Below, piece after piece: positions 38,839 through 55,203 of a stretch of DNA of 64,000 nt. Both the position numbers and the translations under genes were made by a program. The stretch comes from Botryllus schlosseri (Eukaryota). The stretch's first letter is position 1. Each line of letters starts with the position of its first letter. The stretch covers positions 8,432,001-8,496,000 of the forward strand of contig CM119386.1 of NCBI GenBank assembly GCA_051294905.1. Direction: 5' to 3'. Under the pieces are notes generated by a model. It was not told where the DNA came from. It searched no databases and worked only from the letters and a program-made list of their open reading frames with translations.

Positions 38839-39642
38839 ACCTATGTGAATCCGGCGGAATATGCTTACGTCATAAATGCGAATTTGCTGATTCATTCTCT
38901 CGCCAATGTTTCGCTCGTCGATGCACGAAATATTCGTCACGGAAATAAATAATTTCATGCGTTGGTGAGAACAAAAGCACGTGTAGAGATACTGACAGGT
39001 CATATATATATATGTAATAGAATGTTACATTACCTATGGTTGTTAAGCGACGGAGTTGAACAATGAAACCGTAAAACTGTAAATTGCGAATAATTCACAA
39101 TGCCGGTAACGAAAGGCATTTCATTTGGTTGGCGACGAAAGGCATTTCATTTGGTTGCGACCATTCAGCCGCGTTACCGGCATTGTGAATTATTCGCAAT
39201 TTACAAGTATTCCGCTGGCTTTCCCTCCGAGGTACTCATTGAATGAATACATTTCCTGGACAGTAGAAGGTCTTATCTACAACATATATGAGTATAATCG
39301 AGCGAAAGGCATTTCAAAATAGAACATTTTGAATTCACAGCTAAGGTTCAAGTCTGACCCTAATCAGGTATCATCAGTAGTACGGTATCATCGTTCAACT
39401 GGTTGTGTAGCATTCAAGCAATAGACTCCGTCGCTGAACAACCATAGGTAATGTAACATTCTATTACATATATATATATGACCTCTTAGCATCTCTACAC
39501 GTGCTTGTGTTCTCACTAATGCATGAAATCTTGTATTTCCGTGACGAATATTTCGTGCATCGACGAGCGAAACATTGGCGAGAGAATGAATCAGCAAATT
39601 CGTATTTATGACGTAAGCATATTCCGCCGGATTCACATAGGT
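38839..39642. mobile_element. Mutator-like (MULE) foldback MITE immediately upstream of POLR2H
   Basis: ~215-bp TIRs ACCTATGTGAATCCGGCGG.../...CCGCCGGATTCACATAGGT; 9-bp direct repeat CATCCAGAG at 38830-38838 and 39643-39651 (alternatively 7-bp ATCCAGA with GACC ends). Confidence 0.85.
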
Positions 39643-39723
39643 CATCCAGAGATTACCGAGAACGAGAATTAGTAAATGAGCAGAAGCATTTGAGGACGGC
39701 GCGGTAGTCTGCAACATTTCGTG

Positions 39724-40173
39724 ATGGCTGGCGTATTGTTTGAAGATATTTTTGATGTGAAAGATGTTGATCCTGAGGGTAAGAAGTTCGACCGTGTGTC
39801 TAGACTTCACTGTGATAGTGAGTCTTTTAAAATGGACTTAATCCTGGATGTCAACACTCAGCTGTACCCGATGGAACTAGGAGACAAGTTCCGTCTTGTA
39901 TTAGCCACGACACTTCAAGATGACGGTGCGCCGGACGACGGAGAATACAATCCGTTATGGGAACAGCAACCATCAAGAGCAGATCAATTTGAGTATGTAA
40001 TGTACGGAAAGGTGTATCGTATCGAAGGAGATGAAAGTGATGTTGCCTCGAGACTTTCGGCATATGTTTCATATGGTGGACTATTGATGAGGTTACAGGG
40101 TGATGCCAATAATTTGCATGGTATGACAATCGACCAGAATATTTATTTATTGATGAAGAAACTGGCTTTCTAG
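39724..40173 (+). CDS. POLR2H: DNA-directed RNA polymerases I, II and III subunit RPABC3 (RPB8), single exon, 149 aa
   Basis: [30 protein letters not shown]...[14 protein letters not shown]...[24 protein letters not shown]...YLLMKKLAF: full-length RPB8. True ATG is at 39724 (the ORF track begins one GTG earlier). Confidence 0.98.
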   Translation: MAGVLFEDIFDVKDVDPEGKKFDRVSRLHCDSESFKMDLILDVNTQLYPMELGDKFRLVLATTLQDDGAPDDGEYNPLWEQQPSRADQFEYVMYGKVYRIEGDESDVASRLSAYVSYGGLLMRLQGDANNLHGMTIDQNIYLLMKKLAF

Positions 40174-40412
40174 CCAATCTTTGTTTGGAAATGCACTGAA
40201 CCTTAAAAACAACATGGACAATTGGATAAGTCCATGTGGCAATCTGTGATGTCCTTGTTATACAGCAATGTTTGGTTTTCATTTTAGACATTGTTATGTA
40301 ATTATCACTGCCTTTCTGTTGAATCTCGATGATAACTGCTTTATTGTGCTGTTGATTCAACAATGAATTGAATATGATCTGTCTAGTACTGAACCGCCTA
40401 GCCAAATCATGG

Positions 40413-40430
40413 TTTTTCAATCATTTTTAG
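40413..40430 (+). promoter_or_regulatory. Candidate SL trans-splice acceptor for MOB4
   Basis: TTTTTCAATCATTTTTAG ending 36 nt before the MOB4 ATG, inside the presumptive POLR2H 3' UTR; a second acceptor-like TTTGGTTTTCATTTTAG at 40271-40287. Confidence 0.5.
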
Positions 40431-40466
40431 TATGTTGAGAATATCTCTTATTTAATTGAATCCTCT

Positions 40467-43400
40467 ATGGTTGCTGAAAGTGGAACAATGAGTACGGGCC
40501 AAATTCTACGGAGGAATTTACCGGGCACTAAGGCTGCTGTGAGTTGAATTTAATGATCTTTTTTTATTTCACACCTATCAAACTCATGATCGTATATCTG
40601 TATTGTTAATCGTATAATCACTGCAACAAATCTGCTGATTATTATTACTATTACTATTTTTGCGCAAACCACAATTATCTGTTAGCAATCTCTACCTTCT
40701 CGACACCGTCCTATCTTTCATTGTATCACAGTCTTGTGTATAGAAATGATGAAATGGTTTACAATGTATTGAAATTTAAAAGAGAAGTAGATTTTATTAA
40801 TATGAAGCCTGTGCGTATCGTACAGTTTTTGAAAAAAAGACACGAATAGGTTATAGTTGATGATGACGAAGCTTGAACGATTCTGGGGAACTGGATCTGA
40901 TAAAATACCTGACACAAAACTTGAACTATTATTGAATTGGTAGGGGTTGAATTTGTGAAGCATTGCTGTGAACCAGCGTCATTGATGAATGCAATATTCT
41001 CGTGACAATTATACAATATCTGCACGAACCAGGGTTGTAATGACTCGAGTCACGAATTTGTGGTGACTCGACTTGACTCGAGTCATTTTCCCTTTTCAAT
41101 ATTTGGATTGACTCGACTTGTACTCGAGTCATTACGCATGACTCGACCCAAGTCATCGACTCGGCATATTTTATATGACTTGAAGATGAAGAAATTTGCG
41201 AAGCGTACTGGCTAGATCAACGCATATGACGAATTCTGCCAATATCGCTATTTGTCGCCACTGCTTTCGTTGGACTCGTCTGATATCAGAAAAAAACAGA
41301 CGATGGCACATATAGTAGCAAAGCATTGTACAAAATCATCCTGTGATGATGAGGTAATAGATCCTCCGCAATCAAAGTACTCGAGACTTTTCAATTATAC
41401 AAGCAAACAATCGAAGCAAAGTTCAATTAGAGGCAATGAAATGACTCAGATGGTCAAGTACTTGGAAGAGACTGATAAGCTCATGTGTAGATTTGAAGGC
41501 GATGATTCTTTGCATTATTGGGCGACCAGAAATAGTGAGTATCCAATGCTCTTCAATGTGGTTCAAAAATGCTTGTCAATTCCTATATCTTGTGCACCAG
41601 TGAGACGTGTTTCAGTAGATATGGATTTATTCTAAGGCCATGCCGTTATAACATATATGAGGATCTCCTTTCCACTTTATTATTTTTGAATTGTAACTCA
41701 TCATTGATTTGATCTGCTGTCAGTGAAAACACACACAATACACTCCATCCATTTGACGTTTTGTTAGCTATGTGCATTGTGCACGTGAGTTATAATGAAT
41801 GGCTAATGTTGTGTTATGTTTGCACAATAGGGTTGTTCAAAAATAACTTCTTATTTATTTTACTGGGTGGCTACTTGGTAAAATTGTTATGTTGCATAAA
41901 ACGAACACTGAATCTGGCTTAATTTTAAAAAGTAGAATCAATGATATGAGAGAAGAAAATTTTATATCTTAAAATAAAGGGAGTGTTTTTGGTGAGAAAT
42001 TATTTCATATAATATAATTAAATGCTAGTAGTAAGCCGACTATTTTTTCATATCCAAAATATTCCACTCTAATGAATTCACTTTTCCTAGTTGGAATTGA
42101 GCCAAATTTGCTATGAATCATATTTTCACACAATATAACAATATCATGAGGTGGCCGGTAAAATTCGAAAATCTCTATTTGTAGTTAATCCAAAATTTCC
42201 TCTCATATTTGTAACGCTCCGGCGGCTATTTCGGGAGCTGAGCAGGAAAGCTGACCTATTTTTAGTCAACCACCTGATAATGCGAAAGAAAAACTGTAAG
42301 TCTACATAAACAGCATCTATTGATTCTCTATCAGCTGGTATCTAGACGTGAATTCGTTGGTTCTATATCAGATAGCATGTAGAATGAATTCGTTGATTCT
42401 CTATAAGCTATAAGCTAAATCAGGATTGAAAACATGAGTTGAACATGATTCAATACTGTGACTTGGACTCGACTCGAGTCATAACGCTATGACTCGGACT
42501 TGAGCCTTTAAACGGTGACTTGGACTCGGACTCGACTCGGTGATGAATTGAAAATGACTCGACTTGACTCGAGTGAAAACCACAAAAGTAAGATTGACTC
42601 GTGACTCGGAACAATGTGACTTGGTTACAACCCTGGCACGAACTGCACCAGTCGTGTAGGCTACTAGCTAAAATCTGCTCTCTGATGATATCTGATATGA
42701 TACCTGGGAATATACCCCTATATAGCTTTGATTTTTATGCTAAACCATTCTGTTAAGGATTTCTGTGGATGGCCCGATCAGCATTTCGATGAAATGGACA
42801 GCACGCTGGCCGTGCAGCAGCATATCCAGCAAACCATCAGGAAAGATTACACGGATATCGCCAAGATATTAAACGCACCAGACGGTCAAGATGAAGGTGT
42901 TTGGAAATATGAACACTTGAGGTAGATTGATGATACTTCAACAATTTCTTAGTGGCAACATAGGCCTATATTTCTTTCCGAACAGGCAATTCTGTATGGA
43001 GCTCAACGGTCTGGCTGTAAAGTTACAAATGGACTGCACCGCAGAAACATGCTCTCAAATGACTGCCACGGAGCAATGGATCTTTTTGTGTGCCGCACAC
43101 AAAGCACCCAAGGAGTGTCCGGCAATAGACTACACCCGTCACACGCTCGACGGGGCTGCCAGCCTGCTGAACAGTAACAAATATTTCCCCAGCAGGTAGC
43201 TGCTTGGTCTCGGTATATGTACAGTTGAGGCTAGGCAAAAGAATTGGCTATATGATTCACTATATTTTTCGATTTTATATTATACTGTAGGATATCCTAT
43301 AAAAGTGATTTGGTTCTATCAATGACTTTGTGTTCCATCTCTTATATTAGTCCTTATTATCTCCCACAGAACTTATATAGTGTGGCGTCAATACTTTTTA

Positions 43401-46400
43401 CAGAGTTAGCATCAAGGACTCATCTGTGGCAAAACTCGGGTCAGTATGCCGAAGAGTGTATCGTATTTTCTCGCATGCATATTATCACCACAGGCATGTT
43501 TTTGATGAATTTGAGGTAATAGATGGTGGTGTGTTGATTCAACTGGCAATATGAGTATTATTTTGGGTTAATTGCAGAACGAAAGTCATTTGTGTCGGAG
43601 ATTCACAGTGTTTGTGATAAAGTACAGTCTCATGTCGCGGGATAACCTGATTGTCCCCATTCTGGAGGAACCTGCTCTTAAAGTCGGGAGTGAGAAAGAG
43701 ACTACTCCGACTATAACTCTCGCAACACCATCTCACAAACAGGTACTTGCTTTTGCTTGCTAATGTGAGTCAATTGTGATCTCGAACTGACATTTTAAGT
43801 CCTCGAGTGTATATTACATTGAGTTGGGCTTATGATATCGTAGTCTGACATAGCATCAGGTTTGTAGGGGGAGGTCTGAGGAGTAAAATTCATCAGTCCC
43901 TTAAAGTTATATTGCATTATAGTAATGGAATCTATGCTTATAATAAAATTCAATTCCGATCTATCTGAATGCTCTCACTGTGCCAACGAATATCTCTTGA
44001 AATGATATAGAATAATTATTCTACTTATTATTCACAAGTTGTGGTGCAGGCCTATTTCTTTTGTTCAAATAAGATCATGAAAATGTCTCGTTTCACAGGA
44101 GCACGCAGTGGAGGAGCCCTCTGAGAACTCAGATGCATCTGTAACGGGGGAAAGCGAGGTCAGATTAAGATTAAGTAACCCCTTGATACCTAGAAGCTTT
44201 GAATATGTCAAAGATGGTTTTCTGAACATTTTGATAACACCATTTCTGATGAATTGGCTTCTCCATTCTGCGATTAATAAGCATACTACATAAATAAATC
44301 ATTAGAAAAATTGCAAGAGGTCGCCGTTATACTGTAGAAGAAGTCACGAAAATTGAGCGTCCGGCAAATGTTGCTTTCTTTTCACAGCATTCGCCGGCCC
44401 AGACTGAATTCGAAGCCAACATTCGGAAGCAGCTGGGCCTCTCGCCCGAAATATCTCTACTCTCCTCGACTGTCATCGAGACGCCGACGGAGGACGGCCT
44501 GGACGATGACTCGGTGAGTTGATATTTCTTTGCAGTGCCTTAACCAGTCAGTTTACATGGCCACCAACCGTTGACATCTTGAATGTACCATCTCCAACTC
44601 CGGAAACTTTAAACACACTGACACTGCAGCTATACTTTCTTCACAGAACTCACACATTCTTGTAAATCTACTCGGAAATGATGCTGCTATTACATTTTTA
44701 GTTACTATTAATATTATTATCAAGTAAATCAACATACTTATTTGAGTTCAAAAATTCTTCCAAGCAGGAAGTAAGTAAAAAATTTAATAACTTCTGTAGC
44801 TGCAACGACACTTTTTGGTAACATTTGATAGACATTTGGTTTGATTTTGAAGTCTGTGGTAGTAATAGTCGGTAGGAAATTTAGCAAAACTGCAACTTTA
44901 CATCGTCGGAATTGCGATTACGATGTTCGTCGTAGTTTGAGACAGCGCCACTGGCTCATGTTTTGAAACTGTTGTTTTGTTAACCATCAATTACTTTTCA
45001 ACTAAGTTATCCATAATTTCAACTGTTTATTAGGGATGGTGTGAACGTGAGGTTCACGTTCGCGTTCTGTGTGTGAACCTCAGAAATTTAGAGGTTCACG
45101 TTCACAAGCGAACCTTGGTAGGTTCTGCACTGTGAACCTTTTTCATACATTACAATTTTCACTTCATTATAACATCTTACGTTGAAATTTATTGCATTTC
45201 AACTGCGGGCCACTCTATGCATGGCGCTGGCGGCATAAAATTCAACACTAAACGAGCATGCACCTTGACAATCTCAAAATTTTACCTGCTTTGTTACAAA
45301 AGTTGGCTTGAAATATCCAGTTTTCCGTCTGTGAATATTTAGTGACTCTCTGTGAGCTTGACCCGCAATCACGCAACATCAAGAGCGAAAAACACTGTAG
45401 TCATCGGATGATGCTTATTCAACCAATCAATGAATTTGATATTGTTGTGTGATGTAAAAATATCTAGCAGGCATATGGGCTTAATCTTGACTGTATATGT
45501 TTATTGTATCGTAAAAGTCAAATCCGTGCGATTTGGGTGTTAACTGCTGCTGTGTATAACCCGATAATGGGGTAATATCGGTAGCAAGTATAGAACCCCG
45601 TCTTATACTCTGCTGAATATCAACGTAGAAATACTCAGACGCCGAATACATTTGTCCGGTCTGGCCTAGACCGTTGAGGCGTAAGCTTACATTCCCTTGC
45701 CAGTCCTCGTCGAAATTGTTGGCAAATCGACGGAAGATATTGATTTTATGGTATTGTTGTATCATCTGTTTGGCCTAGTTGATACATTTGGCGAAGTTCA
45801 AATCATCACTATGTACTTCAGTATTGTGGTATAATGTGGCCTGAGCCGTCCCTACATTGATATAGGCCATCATTTCACTGAAATGTAGGGTTGGAATTAG
45901 CAATATGACGTCATGAGGTTCACGTTCGCGTTCACACAGAACCTTTCAGAAAGGTTCGCGTTCACACGAACCTGACCCTTTCAGAGGTTCACACCATCCC
46001 TACTGTTTATTCATGTGTGACTACTACGTTGTGTACAAAGTCAACTTTTACTTTGCCGGCAAATTGGATTACGGTGTTGATATATGCAGAATGTCGATGT
46101 TCTGTAGATTTCAATACTTGAATGGCCGTTCGATGGTACTCCACTTGAAGATTGCTTTCATCGCAAGACACATTAATATGACTTGAAGACTTCTCGTGTT
46201 ATCGGCTCACTAAATGTATTCAAACAGATTCAAAAGTGAAAGCAACATGGCAGAATATAATGTAACTATCGAAATTACGGTCCACTGATATTCGCATTGT
46301 AGCGATATGCCTGTCATTTTATCATATGTCCTCGTTTAGGATCTGTCCTCTTCTCCAAAAAAGTGAATGGTCCTCCAAGGATGCCCAAACGCTCTTTTTT

Positions 46401-47064
46401 GGGCATTTCGAGTCAGTTGCTTATACTTTAAACAAGACTTCTGGGTGAGGCATATTTATGTCCAAAACTTTACTGTAGCCGGCCTATTAGCTGAATACGT
46501 TTCCATCATCTTGATGGTTGTATGTAATTTCATGTAAAGAATTTCACGATCTCGGTATAATAATTCCTTACTGGCAAAAGTTGAGGGAAACGCAAAGTAT
46601 TCATGACCTGAATCTGAGAAATAAATTTGATTTTGCAACTTTTGCGTGCAACTACCATGGAAATGTCAAACTAATCAATTCTATTTTCGTTTTACTTGCC
46701 GACTAAAATGTCCTCTTTTTGGGTGCTGTAAATATTGTAGGCCTATGTTGTACCGACAACTCACGATCAGAGGCACCCAATATGTCTGTATTCCTGCAAT
46801 GGATTTTGCGATGCAAGATTTCGATTCGTTTAATAATAATAATTGATATCTACTCATACCCAGACGGAGATAGACGACGGTTTTGAAAACAGTGGCGGAA
46901 CTCCGGATTTCTCAACGTTGAAAGTGTCGAGGAAAGCAGACAAAGCCAGCCCAGATAACACTGGCACCGATAACCGTGACGAGACTGAGAATGTTGACGC
47001 TGATGACAAGGCCACCGATGACAGCTCGAGAGATGTGACTCTGACATCCGAAAGCGACGCATGA
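40467..47064 (+). CDS. MOB4: MOB-like protein phocein (MOB4), 8 exons, ~369 aa with C-terminal extension
   Basis: Exons 40467-40538, 42758-42921, 42986-43195, 43404-43515, 43578-43742, 44099-44158, 44388-44513, 46864-47064, all GT-AG and in phase. Core LRRN.PGTKA|[17 protein letters not shown]...[26 protein letters not shown]...[34 protein letters not shown] is MOB4. The last three exons are inferred from splice sites and frame only (lower confidence). Confidence 0.9.
41030..42635 (+). mobile_element. Family A hAT element carrying a transposase C-terminal remnant (MOB4 intron 1)
   Basis: CAGGGTTGTAATG...GTTACAACCCTG; perfect TSD GCACGAAC; ORF 41252-41635 ends MVKYLEE...[33 protein letters not shown] and continues after a frameshift [12 protein letters not shown], i.e. 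a hAT dimerization domain; a truncated TAGGGTTGTTC element is nested from 41828. Confidence 0.9.
45031..46002. mobile_element. Ac-type hAT non-autonomous element in a MOB4 intron
   Basis: TIR TAGGGATGGTGTGAAC...GTTCACACCATCCCTA; GGTTCAC/GTGAACC subterminal repeats; perfect TSD CTGTTTAT. Confidence 0.9.
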
Positions 47065-48570
47065 CATGGCACTGTTAATAGCGACTGTACTGATACATCA
47101 TAGTCACATGCGGTATGGTCGTATAGTCCCGTCGTCCCTGTTTCCGAAATAAGTTCCGTGAAACGGTGCGAATCCGGCTAGTTTGTCGACCTTGGGCCTT
47201 GTTATCGCCGAGGGTTTATGGTGAACGCTACTGTTGCTGACGAGTGGCGGTATTCATCAGCTCTCGGCCATGATAAAACACAATTTGAATTACTCGGATT
47301 TTTATTAATCCTGTGGTTGGTGAATTCCACTGTTGTCACAAAGTCCTGAACAAAATTTGTGTGTTCGCGATTGAAAGTGTGTTGCGGCACATTCAATACC
47401 TGATAACTTAACCAACCAGTCTTTCAACATTAGAATTGTTTACTCATTAATTCATACTAGCGACCGTTCCTGTCACGATATTTCAATTTGTCGTGTCTAA
47501 ATGGCATGGAAATTTTTCACCGCCGCTGTCGCAGGATCATCATCACATCATACTGATGCAGTTTAGTTTTAATTGGCAACAGATCAAGGTTGATTTATTG
47601 GGACTGTGGCTCAGCAGCCTTTAGTGAGTCACATAGTTGGACGATTGGATATTATATATTTTCAATTTTGTCAGATCATCAACGGATCAGTCATTGATAT
47701 AGCTGTGTGGTTTCATGAATATTTACTATACCGTTCATTGTCTTGGGCTTTCCACCACGTATAATCTCAAGCGCGGCAGAATTGGATGCGTTTTCATATT
47801 TTTTAAATACTTGAATAGTATTATCGCTTGCTTGGCACGTATCTCATGTCATTGTGTAAAGATAGATAATTATATGTACAACAATATTGACATCTTTTTC
47901 GATTTAACACATGGCGATGTGTTTGTCAGCTATATGTGAATCTTGTGAAGAAAGCTGGTGTGCTACACGGCAGTCAGCAACTTGTAGCAACATGAATCCA
48001 TTTATTGAGAATAAGAGAAAAAAGATCAATGATGATAAAGAGCAGTACAATTCGATCGAGATGGTGACATATCACCCCATACCCTGCATGACAATACAAT
48101 TACACAAAATGGCTATCTATTCTTTACCTATTGCTACATACAATTCCCCACATCTACCCCCAGGGGATGTAGTGGTTGATACTGCCTACTTGTGAATAGG
48201 GTGCATGGTTCCGTGTACATTCATTGAACTGTTGACCTGTGTTAGACTGCACTGCAGAGACGTGCCAAGATACCCCGTCTGCAGCTAGTCATATGGGTCA
48301 AGTACTTGGGAAAAAATCCTATTAGCCAATGTGTCCAACGTCTCACAATCGACAATGATTAGCGCACTATTTCGACTTTGAGTCAGCCAAGTATGACAAG
48401 TGAAAGAGTATATACAACTTGACATCTCTAAATAGCAGCTTCAGATGATCCATACTTTTCCACACATAGCAACATACCACGCTGATCCATAGACAATAGA
48501 GTTGAAATGAAAAAAATCGCCGATATATATGATCAAAACGTCAATAGGTCCGAGTACAAATAGCCTACAT

Positions 48571-48700
48571 CAGGGGTCTAAATTGGCGGGCCACGGAACA
48601 GAGGACATTGTGCGGCCAGGCGCAAATTCTTACACAGTAAATCACATTTTCACAATGGGCGTGGAATATCATTTCGCGAGGTCCTGTCAAATAAGGCATA
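48571..48700. mobile_element. Truncated Charlie-type hAT end in the STK3/4-MOB4 3' interval
   Basis: CAGGGGTCT...GGCGGGCCAC terminal motif; other end not found. Confidence 0.4.
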
Positions 48701-49002
48701 CTTGGAAAGACATCGAACACCCTACTATTGATGCTGCAGCCTGAGACGTCATCAAAAACTAGAAAATCGGCCTGCGAGCAAATTGAGTTTCGACACCTAG
48801 ACAACACAGTAATTCCGTTTCTGTACACCAGCGCAGAAAAATGCTATTCCACTATCTTTTTCTTCGACGCCGTGATATTCAGTTTCTGGAATATTTTTCA
48901 ACCATGCATCTCTGAAATAATCTTCACCTGCGCCCCACGCATAACACTGCAGTGCAGCCTCAGCTTCGGTAAAACTTGAGAAAGAAAACAACAGGACAAA
49001 CA

Positions 49003-54711
<5,709 letters not shown>

Positions 54712-55203
54712 TGTCACAGTTCAAATCAAGCCACAGCACAGATGTTTCACGAAAATGTATCTTATATATGTATTCGAGCTTGCAGTGCAGATCAGCATAC
54801 GAGCAACACGGTCGTTTCAAGTGCCTAAGGTCATTTTCCGACAATAATCTGTCATATTAAGTCACTTGGAGCAGTGTGCCTGTAAACTAAACAGATAAAG
54901 ACTTGTTTAAACCTTAAGCTTTACGGCGTTACGCGAAACTTAGCATTCACTAAATAAAAAACTAACATTCATAGTCAAGTGTGAATTATAAATACCTGCA
55001 ACACTACCCGTCCCACAGGACACGATAGTGAGGATACTATCAAAGAGCTGGGCACTTAACGGTCTAGAATACATTATACCCCTCCCACACACAGAACTGA
55101 CTAGAAAAGTAGAAAGTGTTAGGAAGATCTGCCAGAATGACGTATCGTTCTAGTTCTTGCCATATTTGCCAGTGTTTTATATTTCAGGTTTCGTGTTTTT
55201 GCC

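Noticed and set aside
39851-40420. 189-aa minus-strand ORF (and 39388-39810, 140 aa)
   Set aside because: Antisense to POLR2H and to the MULE arm respectively; no protein-like motifs.
45481-45765. 94-aa ORF inside the Ac-type element as transposase or captured gene
   Set aside because: No hAT or other motif I could recognise; needs BLASTx before any claim.
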